Shown here: positions 13,611 to 25,246 of the stretch, in pieces
Position numbering within the stretch: the stretch's first letter is position 1
Layout: each line of letters begins with the position of its first letter
From: Octopus vulgaris
Taxonomy: Eukaryota
Length of the DNA stretch: 64,000 nt
Direction of reading: 5' to 3'
Assembly (NCBI GenBank): GCA_951406725.2
Contig: OX597815.1
Coordinates: forward strand, 53,444,001 to 53,508,000
Program-made: the position numbers and the translations under genes
Notes under the pieces: generated by a model
What the model was told of the DNA's origin: nothing
What the model saw: the letters and a program-made list of their open reading frames with translations, nothing else
Database searches by the model: none

Positions 13611-14643
13611 GTTCGTCTGTTTTTTTTTCGTTGTTCGAAAAAAAATTCGTTTTCTATAATTTTGTTTTTTATGTTCTCGTTTCTCATAGTGTTCACGTTT
13701 TATATGTATGTATGTTTGTATGTTTGTCCACGTTTTGTATATATGTATGTACGTTTCGAGCCTACGCTCTTCGACAGAAAAGAACACAAAAATAAAAGGT
13801 TTAGTAGCTAACGATCTATCATGGCGACTGCCGGATAGAGGGGTCACACACGAGGCTAGAAAGAAGGGGACATAATATAGTGGTGGTGATCCCAAAATGA
13901 AGGTGCGAGTGCTTATGTATGTGGCTGTCGAAAGGGGCTGGTGACGTTGACGTGTGCGTGTGTGCATGTGTAGGTGCGTGGATGATGTTGTAGGTGCTGG
14001 GAAGTGGTCAGTGCTAGTGTGTGCGGGCTGGTGTGATGTTGTGTGGTGTGGTGTTGTGTGGTATAGTGGTGTGTGGTGTGGTAGCGTGTGGTGTGGTGGT
14101 GGTGTGTGGTGGTGTGTGGTGTCGTGATGTGTGGTGTGCTGGTGCTGGAGTGTGGGGGTCGAGAGTGGGGGAAGCAAGGGTGGGTCTAAGGGATGGGGTG
14201 GGGATGGGATGTATAGGGATGGTGGGTTGGAATGTTTAGGGGTGGGTTATATACACAGTGTACCCCCACTTATTCACGGATCGGCATTCACGCTCCCGGT
14301 TATTCGCGAACCTAATAATTGTTCACGGAAACCACCACATATTCACAATTTTCCAGGCTAAACTATTAATAATAATATACCGTATTTGTCGGTTTACTGG
14401 ACGCCCCTTCGCAGCTGAAAGTCCCTCTGATTAGACTAACCGCACATCACATCGATTGATTTATTTTAGATACAGGTACATTGTATCTTGTATCTCTTAT
14501 TCCTGCTTTCAATTAAAGCTTGCAAATTAGTATAGCGACTACCAGCGCTATTTTTAAAATCAACGCTATATTTGATCACACTCAATATTTATTACAACAG
14601 GAAAATTTTTAAGGTCGTGAAATTAGGTTACTTGCTCTCTCTC

Positions 14644-14731
<88 letters not shown>

Positions 14732-14734
<3 letters not shown>

Positions 14735-17592
14735 TAGTTTTATTTTTATAGCGTGCTTTCACTTCACTACCGAGCGCAGCTCTGTGTGCCTTGGGTATGT
14801 GCTGTGATTTGTTGTGATGCTCTGATGGTTATTGTATGGAAAGTGTTCTGCGTAGGATGTGTGCAGTGCCTAGTAGTGCAATTTTCTGTATGTTATATGT
14901 GTTTGTAAGTCCTGGTGTTTTTGTTATGTATTTGTCCGAATATTTTTTTATCATGCCTAATGCACTTACTATGATAGGAATTGTTTCTGTTTTTAGATTC
15001 CACATTCTGGTTACCTCTATTTCTAGGTCTTTGTATTTTGAGAGTTTCTCCATTTCTTTTAGAGACACGTTGTCATCAGCCGGTATTGATACATCAATTA
15101 GAAAGCATTTTTTTCCTTCATGATCTTTGACAACTATATCTGGCCTATTGGCCTTAATTTCTCTATCTGTGTGTATCGGCATATTCCAGAGTATGGTTGC
15201 TTTCTCGTTTTCTGTGACCTTTTCTGGTGTGTGCCTATACCATCTTTTTTCTGTTGTTATTCCATAATGTTGGTATAGCTTCCTATGTATGTAGGTTCCA
15301 ACTCTATCATGTCTGTGAATATATTCCTTCTTAGCCAGGACTGGGCAGCTAGAGATAATATGATTTATTGTTTCTTGTCCATCTCCACATATTCTGCAGT
15401 TACTTGTTATATTTCTTTTCATTACATGTTTTTGGTAATTTCTGGTGGGGAGGCTTTGGTCTTGTGCTGCAATTAAAAATCCCTCTGTTTCTGCTATGAG
15501 TCCTGAGCTTCTCAACCATTGCTGGGATTTTTCTTTGTCTATTTCTTTTGCGTTTAGTTTAGTCCAGTATTTACCATGAAGGGCTTTTCTTGCCATCGTT
15601 TTATCATGGTTCGTTGCTGTTCTATTTTTAGTTTGGATTTCATTTGTTTTATAGCTTTTGTTGTTTCTTCTTCTTCTTCTTCTTCTTCTTCTTCTTCTTC
15701 TTCTTCTTCTTCTTCTTCTTCTTCTTCTTCTTCTTCTTCTTCTTCTTCTTCTTCATATTTATTAGGTGGTATGATTTCTTGTTTGTATTTGTCAGCTTCC
15801 TTAAATACTGAGAACAGTTTTTTTGTTTTGCTCGTGTTTTGCCGCTATTTGTATTAGTTTTCCTTCCTTCTGAAGTAGATATTTTTGCAATCCTATGGTG
15901 GTTATTTTATAGTAGTTTTCCAGTTGTATAAGGCCCCTACCACCTTCTATACGTTGTATATATAGTCTTTCTATGTCAGATTTTGGGTGATGCATCCTAG
16001 ATCCTGTCATTATTTTTCTTGTTTTCCTATCTATTTTGGTCAGTTTATTTAGTGGCCAGTTAAGGATATTGTAGCTGTAACTTATAAGTGGGACAGCTAA
16101 AGTGTTAATACCTATTATCTTGTTTTTAGCATTGAGCTCTGTTTTTAGTATTGATCTAACTCGTCTATAATATTCGTTTTTTAATTTCTCTTTCATTTGT
16201 GTGTGTTGTGTCTTATTTAGTTCATGGATTCCTAAGTATTTGTAAGTTTGGCTTTGGTCTAATTCTTTTATTTCATTGGTTTTATCTAGTGTGATGTTGC
16301 TACTCTTAACTAGTTTTCCTCTTTTCAGGGTTACTTTGGCGCATTTTTCTAATCCAAATTTCATATCTATTTCTTTGGTAAATCCATGAAATATCTTTAA
16401 TAGTGTTTCCAGCTGTTTGTCATTTGCAGCGTATTGTTTTAGGTCATCCATATATAAAAGGTGGCTGATCGTTTTGCCGTAATATTTATATCCGCATCCA
16501 GTTCTATTTAGCATATCAGATAGGGGTGACAGTGCCAAGCAGAAAAGGAGTGGAGAGAGCGTGTCTCCCTGGAATATTCCTCTTCTAATGGAGATGTCTT
16601 TGGTTTTCATGAGTCCCTCTTTTGTTTGGAGCTGTAGCACTGTTTGCTATTTATTCATAGAGTGCCCTATGAATTTTATGATTGTTGGTGCTACTTTGTT
16701 AATGGCTAGTGTTTCGAGGATCCATGTGTGGAGGATGCTATCAAACGCCTTTTTGTAGTCAATCCAGGCCATACTGAGGCCTTTCTTCTTTCTGTGGCTG
16801 TCTTCAGTTATGGCTTTATTAATCATTAGTTGATCTTTACAGCCATATGAGCCTTTGCGGCATCCTTTCTGCTCTTCTGGGAACAGTTTGTTTTCGTCCA
16901 GGTGCTTGTTCAACCTTTGCGATATCACTGCAGTAAATGCCTTGAACATTGTAGGGAGACAGGTTATTGGTCTGTAGTTTTCTGGTTTTGCTGTCTCATT
17001 TGATTTGGGAATTAAGATGGTTTTCCCCTTCGTGAGCCATTCAGGCATTGTCTCTGGCTCTGCTAGTATGTTGTTAAAGCTTTCAGCCAGCTTTTTGTGC
17101 ATTCCTGTTAGATATTTCAACCAGAAGTTGGGGATCTTGTCATGCCCAGGTGCCTTCCAGTTGCTTAGTCTTTGCAATGACTGTGTGACCTCTTCAGTTG
17201 TTATGGGGGTCCAAAGTTGTTCAGATGCCGAGTTTGTTATTTTGATACTCCTTTTTTTTGGTTGTTCGTTCGCCGACCATATTTCTCTCCAGAATTCTTC
17301 CACTTCTTCTGCCATTGGTGCTGCAGTAATTTCTATTTTATTTTTGCCAAGTTCTTGGTAGAACTTTTTGGGGTTGGAGTTGAACTTTTTGTTTTGTTCA
17401 AAGAAGCGCTGGCGTTTCTCGTACCGGCGGATCCTTTGTGCTTTGGCTAGGATATCTTGATCTTTTTCTGTGATGTTATATTTGCGGAGTATTTTTGTTT
17501 TCTTTTTGTTGCTCAGTAGCGTTGATTGTCTGCTGATTTCATTAAGAATCGACAGATCTTTTCTCATTTTTTGTATTTTGTTTTGGATGTTA
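14732..17592 (-). mobile_element. 5'-truncated R4/Dong-clade non-LTR retrotransposon (RT + CCHC + RLE endonuclease) in (TAA)n
   Basis: ORF pieces 16647-17567, 15801-16640 and 14829-15596 contain KAPGHD, NYRPITCL, WIDYKKAFDS, GIFQGDTLSPLLF, LYMDDLK, CRICGDGQETINHIISSC, RHD, NRPDIVV, IDVSIP and EKLSKY. A 3' UTR follows, then (AAT)n, and (TAA)n flanks both sides. Confidence 0.93.
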
Positions 17593-17603
17593 TATTATTA
17601 TTA

Positions 17604-17697
<94 letters not shown>

Positions 17698-17702
17698 TCC
17701 TC

Positions 17703-17789
<87 letters not shown>

Positions 17790-18039
17790 GTATTATAAAT
17801 TACTGTATCTAGTGGTAATAGAAACTAAATTTTTCAAAACCATAATTATTTTCAATCTCTGCTCAATCTCCCATTGGTGGTATGCATATATATGACGCAA
17901 TGAAGATTTTTGCTGTTTTTTTTTTTTTAGAAAAACTGCTGTCCAGTAACTATTTCCAGTATTTTGTTGAATGCTGTGTTTTTCGCTGTGCGTTATTAAA
18001 GCCCTAAGATGCCACTCAAGCGCCCTACATATTCGAAGG

Positions 18040-18825
18040 TTTCTGGCAGTAAACCTAAGCGCCAGAAAAAGGTTATGACACTCCACGAGGAGACACAATT
18101 GCCGGATATGTACCGGTAAGGTAAAAGTTATGCTGTAGTAGGTCGCTATTATCTTGTCAACAAAAGCACCATACGCTACATAAAGAAGAACGAGGTGGCG
18201 ATCAGGACTGCCATAGCAGTAAGTTTCTGTGAAAGTGCCAAAAAGATAATGATAGTGAGTAATAAGCACTTCGTCAGGGTAGAATCTGCCTTGGCATTGT
18301 GGATCAGTGACTGCAAGAAGAAAAACAGCCCCTTGAGCGGTAACATCATCCGCGAGAAAGCGAGGAAATTATATCAGCAGTTCGACAGAGGAGACGGATC
18401 AGAAGGCACCGAAAACAGCAACGAAGACCATTGACAGCACCGCAGCCGGAATATTTTCAAACTAGCAAGGGATGGTTTAACCGTTTGCAGAAACAGTTTA
18501 AAATAAAGTGTGTTTCCCTGTGTGGAGAGAAAGCATCAGTTGACAAAAAAGCCGCCGAGAAGTACCTCGAGACCTTCTGGTAGATCATCAAGGACAAGGG
18601 ATACAAACCGGAACAGGCTTTCAGTATGAACGAGACTGGCTTGTTCTGGAGGAAAATGCCTTCCAGAACGTAAATCATGAAGGATGAAGCTAGAGACCCA
18701 GGATTTAAGGCACAAAAGGTCAGGGTGATGCTAATTATATGTGGTAATGCTGCTGTCTTCATGGTGAAACCAGGACTTATCTACAAGTCCGCCAACCCGA
18801 GGGCCTTCAAAAATAAGAATAAAAG
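18040..18825 (+). pseudogene. Tigger/TIGD-like (CENP-B HTH + DDE_1) transposase remnant
   Basis: KRQKKVMTLHE..STIRYIKKNE..ESALALWISDC..IIREKARKLY..SKGWFNR..EQAFSMNETGLFWRKMPSRT..PGFKAQK.RV..CGNAA..KPGLIYKSANPRAFKNK, with stops and frameshifts. Confidence 0.9.
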
Positions 18826-19560
18826 AACTGCACTTATAATACATAACTTAGAAGCAGCGCTGTGTATGTGCCAACGCATACGAGCTTGAGACATGGTCGC
18901 TCACGCACTTCTCGTAAGGAATTCCGCAACGAGCTTCGTGAGTCCACTGCAGAGACGCTTCCAGAAAAAAAATTCCAGTAACCGTTGGAAAACCGATTAA
19001 AGCAGTGACTCGAACAATTCCTTGACGCACCTGAAGAAGGAACTTTGTATTCCGAAATATTATTATATCAGACTATGGATAATTAAATTATAACAGTTAT
19101 TTTAGTCCATTGTTATTATTATAGTGCATTGTTGTACGATTCAAGACACATTATATTCTACAACCAATACACAATGCTTCAAGCGAACTACAATGCTCTC
19201 ATATATATATATATATATATATTTATTTTGCGGTTAAAGCTTTTGGCTGTTATTTCTAGTGGGTGAATGGCCTATTATGGCCGTTCCTTGATTGTGATGT
19301 TGAACTTAAAAATGGTTTATGACTATTTAATTTTTTCCCACTAGGCCGCTGGTGGCAAAAGAATTCTACAAAATTTTTTTTTGCCACCCTATATTGATTA
19401 ATTATGAATTTTCTGGTTAATTCCGTAATGGAATCGGCGGCTTATATTTATTTGCTGCCGATAAATTTGGCGTGAGTGCGACGATTTGAAAATTTTAGGT
19501 CAGATATTGACGAGGTAGCAACGAGAATGCCTCGTGAAAAATATCTGTTCCGGCTTGGCT

Positions 19561-19667
19561 ATTTCTTACTGATGAATCTAAGGGCCTATGGTAGATTGGC
19601 TTGATTTAATTTAATCAGGTTAGTTTTCCATTAAACAGTAGATGAAACGGTGCATCGTCTAAGAAAT
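19561..19667 (+). ncRNA. Type I hammerhead ribozyme (unit 1), predicted cleavage after C19659
   Basis: atttctta-CTGATGA-atcta[58-nt insert]tagat-GAAA-cggtgcatcg-TC-taagaaat. Stem I is a perfect 8 bp, the core is intact, stem III is self-complementary, and the site is GUC. Confidence 0.88.
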
Positions 19668-20050
19668 TACAGGGTAAATGTTTTTTAATTTTCTCCTGGT
19701 TTACGGAATTGACGTTATTTTGCGGTTAAAGCTTTTGGCTGTTATTTCTAGTGGGTGAATGGCCTATTATGGCCGTTCCTTGATTGTGATGTTGAACTTA
19801 AAAATGGTTTATGACTATTTAATTTTTTCCCACTAGGCCGCTGGTGGCAAAAGAATTCTACAAAATTTTTTTGGCACCCTATATTGATTAATTATGAATT
19901 TTCTGGTTAATTCCGTAATGGAATCGGCGGCTTATATTTATTTGCTGCCGATAAATTTGGCGCGAGTGCGACGATTTGAAAATTTTAGGTCAGATATTGA
20001 CGAGGTAGCAACGAGAATGCCTCGTGAAAAATATCTGTTCCGGCTTGGCT

Positions 20051-20157
20051 ATTTCTTACTGATGAATCTAAGGGCCTATGGTAGATTGGCTTGATTTAAT
20101 TTAATCAGGTTAGTTTTCCATTAAACAGTAGATGAAACGGTGCATCGTCTAAGAAAT
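20051..20157 (+). ncRNA. Type I hammerhead ribozyme (unit 2), predicted cleavage after C20149
   Basis: Identical to 19561-19667. Confidence 0.88.
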
Positions 20158-20275
20158 TACAGGGTAAATGTTTTTTAATTTTCTCCTGGTTTACGGAATT
20201 GACGTTATTTTGCGGTTAAAGCTTTTGGCTGTTATTTCTAGTGGGTGAATGGCCTATTATGGCCGTTCCTTGATT

Positions 20276-20311
<36 letters not shown>

Positions 20312-20450
20312 GTTATAGGCATTTTTTGTGGACCACATCTAATCGCAGATTGTCACTATTCGCAGGTCCTCTAGGAAGGTAACCCCCCGCGAATGCCGGG
20401 GGACTACTGCTTATATACATACATACATACATACATACATACACACACAC

Positions 20451-20486
<36 letters not shown>

Positions 20487-21354
20487 GCATACACACACGA
20501 GATATATTCTCCTTTACAGCAATTACACCCACCGCAATCTCTCGTCCCTTCTCGTCTTCTGTATTTTGCTATCTCTACTTTGCATCAATGTCTCCTTTTA
20601 CATTGAAATGAGATGAGATCTTTCATCATCAAGCTTTAACTTCGCATCTATATTTGATTATTATTCACCACTGCCACTACCGCCACTTCCATCATCATCA
20701 CCTTCATCATCTCAAGACCAAAATTTATATCAACAACATCAGCTACCATCACCGTATCTCCAACTAACACCGTCACCGACATTAGTATCACTACCGCTAC
20801 TATCAAAGTCGCTTACTATCTTCACCACGACGACAATCAATATCACTACTGCCGCCTCCACAACCACCACACCCATTAACTACAATCAACTCCGTCTATT
20901 TCTTTCAAGCTGCTCTGCCTTCTTCCCTGCAATGAATCCTTTCTTGTCGTTCAATTTGCTTCGTTCACCTGCCTCATCAACATCCCTGTCGTATAAAAAA
21001 CCACAGCCTATCGACAACGATCATGATGACTACGATAGCCGCCGACACTACCAGCATCACAAGTATAGAATCATCATCATTATCATCATAATTATCTACA
21101 ACAACAACAAAACAGCAAAACAACGAACACACACTGACAATCGTATTAAATTATTAACAAAAAAAAAGAAAGAAATTAGAAAACTTTAGATGGGGGAAAA
21201 AAAAACATTTTCCAGCGTTTTTGAAACATCAAACTATTTGGTTGGACATGAAACAACAGCAAAAACAACAGCTATAATAAAGACAACAAAAACAACTACA
21301 ATAAAGACAACTAAAACTTTGAAAAACACTATTGTTGTTGTTATCATCATTTGA

Positions 21355-21790
21355 AGCGAAAAGCTAGTAGAATTGTGAGCACGCGGGACAAAATGTTTGA
21401 CTGCGTTTTGTTTCATTTCCCGTTCCTAGTTCAAACGCTGCTGAGGTCGACTTTGCCTTTCAGTTGATAAATTAAGTACCAGTGAAACCCTGGGGTCGAT
21501 GTAATAGACTAGCCCCTCCCACCAAATTTCAGGCCTCGTGCCTGTAGTAGAGAGGATTATTATATTATTTCTTGAGGCTGCGAGCTTGGCAGAATCGTGT
21601 GCTCGCCGGAAAAAATGCCTCGCAATGTTTCGTTCGTTTTTAAGTTCTGAGTTCAAACATCACCGTGGTCAACTTTGTCTTTCATCCTTTCGGGATCGAT
21701 AAAATAAATATCAGTTCAGCAGTGTAGTCGATGTAATCGACTTCCCCACCCGTCAAGATTCCTTACCTTTTGCCAAACACAGAAAGAATA
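21355..21790 (+). mobile_element. Two tandem SINE family B copies
   Basis: The GTTCAAA..GGTC(G/A)ACTTTG(C/T)CTTTCA..GATAAA..GTCGATGTAAT motif is repeated twice. Confidence 0.7.
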
Positions 21791-22398
21791 TTACGTTCTG
21801 CGTTCAAGAACTATCGGAATCAATTTTGTTTTTCACATTGCTCTGGTTTATAAAACAGAGCAAAAGCTTTTAAGTGACTTTTACTATCACATATTTAGCA
21901 ACTGGGTTTTTCGCGCTGAATCACCAACCTTGCGCCAATCTGTCAGTGAAATATAGTTTCGAAATTTCCTTGTGGTCTCTTGAATCATTAGAATCATGAT
22001 GTCTAGACATAGCTTACTCGACCAAATATTGACTGAGGTACGCTCTCCACTCACCATAAGCCCTCAGAGTTTCTCAAAGGTGGCGACAAACAATGAATTG
22101 AGGTCTGCGTCAGCATCTCTGACTGTGATCCAATATACTGATGAAGCTGTATGTGGGTAGTTGTGCGACCCCGGAGGTTACTTATGTCTTTCTCGTTCTT
22201 GAAATCAGAAGCACTATTTTATATATCCTATCCGTCGACAAAGTAGCCATACTTCTCCTCCAATTCCTTCTTCGAGAGTAAATAGAAGTTGGATTTTTCT
22301 GTTTGATTGGTTGAAATCGAGAGAATGATCGCCATATATGTATGCGTGTTTGTGTGTGAATGTACATACATACATACATACATACATACATACATACA

Positions 22399-22446
<48 letters not shown>

Positions 22447-22454
22447 CATTACCT

Positions 22455-22795
22455 TTTATTCCTTATCTTTTACTTGTGTCATTCTTTGAACCATCTTGAA
22501 GTGCTTGCTTTTTTAAAGTCTGCTACTTAATCTACCAGTCACTTTTGCCGAACCGTTAACTTACGGGAATATAAACAAACCATCACCGGTTATCTAGCGG
22601 TGGGAGGAGCAAACGCAGGCACAAGCACACACAAACATATATACAAACACACACACATACAGACATACAGACATATACGTAAAACGGTTTGTGTCTACCA
22701 AATTCAAGACAAGGTACAAGAGCTATAGTAGAAGACACTTGCCGAAGGTGATGCTAACTGGAACTGAACCCAAAGTCACGTGGTTGCAAAGCACA
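22455..22795 (-). mobile_element. Degenerate SINE family A
   Basis: Reverse-complement similarity to 42504-42900 (GCTATAGTAGAAGACACTTGCC..ACTGAACCC). Confidence 0.65.
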
Positions 22796-23711
22796 ACATT
22801 AGTAAGTTTTATTTTCTATCTACCAAATCTACTCTTTGTGTGCATGCGGGTTGTGTTTGTGTAAAGTAACCTAAAGCTTCCCTACGCCATGTTTTCAGAT
22901 TGTACGCTTCACACATCGGCAACAGTGAAAACCGACATTGGCAGAGAATTAAATCACAACTTTCAGTAAACAAATAAATTCTACGTCAAGATACTAGCAC
23001 ACCTTTTCTCTTTCGTACACACACACTAGTAAGTACGTGTGTGCGCGTGCTGGTGTGCGAGGAAGGAATGCAAGACAAGAGGACACGAGAGATTGAAACT
23101 TAAACTAAAATACTTGTGAATCGAGATAGCAAGCTGTACTTATTTCTTTAGCTGTCTAAAAGGTTGCTGGGAAAATGTTGCTGCAAACAATGAAAGTGAT
23201 GCGAAATCACAGACACACACAGTTACGCACTGACACACATGCACATACACGCACGCATACGCACGCATATCACACACATCCTTTTCTTCTCTCAGACATC
23301 AACAGACAGCAGAGACCCGTTCTGTTTCCTCTGAGACAACTGATAGCTTGAGGCAAAACTGTCAACGCTTTCTATTATTTACCATTTAGAGACTGTAATC
23401 AAATGTTATAGCTAGCTAACAGACAATCAAACACTCACAAACATACATTCATTCATTCACTTAATGTTTCATTAACTATATTTAAATACAGATATGTAAA
23501 TGCGCATACATACACACCACACAAACGCACACACATCACACGCGCACGGTACGCCGTGCGCTGTATGTTACTGCAGCTTGTAAAACTTTGAACGAATGTG
23601 TCAATGTGCATATATTTATATATAGATATATATATACACACACACAAACACACACACTAGCAGAGATACCCGGTGTTGCTCGGGATTAAAATGGCATAGT
23701 TTTTACTGTTC

Positions 23712-23900
23712 TACTTGTTTCGATCATGTAACTGCGGATATGTTGGAGCACCACCCTTAATCGAAGAAATCGACTCCAGGATTTATCTTTGTAAGCCTAG
23801 TACTTATTCTATCGAAGTATTTTGCCAAACGGCTAAGTTACGGGGACGTAAACACACCAACATCGGTTGTCAAGCGATGGTGGGGAAAACAAACACGGAC
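23712..23900 (-). mobile_element. 3' part of SINE family A
   Basis: Reverse complement of the family A tail (AAGTTACGGGGACGTAAACACACCAACATCGGTTGTCAAGCGATG). Confidence 0.75.
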
Positions 23901-23931
23901 ACTCACGCACATATGTAAATATACATATACA

Positions 23932-23998
<67 letters not shown>

Positions 23999-25246
23999 TC
24001 TTATTTCTTATTATAAAAGGCAGATTTTATCTGCCTTCCAAAACGTTTGTTTATTATACAAATCTACAATATAGAATTTCTTCAATTAGAATTTACCTAT
24101 CATTTTTACGAGTAGAATACATCGGGTCGTGGCAGGTACAGTTTTTCCTATTTCAACCCCAATTAAGCAAAAATTCGAGAAAACTCTATATTTTTAGATT
24201 TTCCTCTTTCATTTTAACTGCTTCACTCATACCATTACCACCACACCTCTGCTACTTTCTCTTTGCAAGTGTACAACAATTAAAGTGAAACTTTTTATAT
24301 AACAGGGATGAACTGCTTCACTCATGCTATCACCCTAATTTCTCCTACTTTCTCTTTGCAAGTGTACCTTAAACCACTACTCAAAAGAAAAACAAAAAGC
24401 AAACAGAAACAAATAAATACATAACGATTTACTCCTCACACAATTTCTTCAATTAGAGTTTACCTATGCTTTTTCTAAGTACTTCCATTCGGTCATGCCA
24501 TACAAAATTTCTTTCAATTTCACCCCCAATTAAGAAAAAATTCGAGAAAACTCAATATTTTAACATTTCACTCTTTCACTTCAAAGCCTTTACTCTGCCT
24601 ATTACTCCCACTTCCTATTTACACACATACACACGCAAATATATACGACAGTGTCAATTGTTGAAAGAAATTGTAAGCTAACGTGTGTGTGTGTGTGTGT
24701 GCGTGTGTCTGTGCGTGTGTGTGTGTGTGTGAGTGTGAGCCATTCAGACTGGTCATCCCTTTTTGCAAGAAGAAGATCCCCTATGGTCTTATATGCTACA
24801 CCACTGGGTTTTCAGTTCAAGAAGGACTATTCATTATAATACATCAGTTCCACACATTTACCCTGGTTCCATTTCGGACAACTGCACAAACATTTGCCAT
24901 TTGACACATGTATGTAAACAAATTCCTTTCTTAAAAATTTCAATTCATTTTCTTTTTCAACTTACGTTTCTATACACTTTACGCAAATATTTGATTAAAC
25001 AACTAAAATTTCACATTTCGAACACGTACGTAAACTACTTCCATTCTTGCAAATCTAACCTTATTTTCTTGCTTTTAACTCAAATTTCAATACATTTTAC
25101 ACACTCTGTCGCTATACTTGCATAAAAAATTTCTTTCAGCTGCTAATATTTCTTTCTTTTCCTTCCACGGTTTACATTTTTCCACATTTCATTCACATTA
25201 CAATTTCTATCTTTAAGTAACTTTCACCCTTTCTTTTTCACATAAA

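Larger units (their letters stand above)
19223..20280 (+). mobile_element. Head-to-tail tandem of ~490-bp hammerhead-bearing units (non-LTR retrozyme-like), 2 full units + 76 bp
   Basis: Units start at 19223, 19715 and 20205 (periods 492 and 490) and are nearly identical. The array is flanked by (TA)n on both sides, and each full unit has one hammerhead. Confidence 0.85.
14256..20409 (+). mobile_element. Decayed pogo/Tigger DNA transposon interrupted by nested insertions
   Basis: Left TIR-like CAGTGTACCCCCACTTATTCACGG at 14256 and right TIR-like (reverse complement CAGTAGTCCCCCGGCATTCGCGG) ending at 20409, with a Tigger transposase remnant at ~18040-18825. Pairing of the two ends is inferred. 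Confidence 0.55.

Noticed and set aside
19894-20094. 66-aa ORF within tandem unit 2
   Set aside because: Interrupted by TGA in unit 1 and overlapping structured RNA and the hammerhead; probably incidental.
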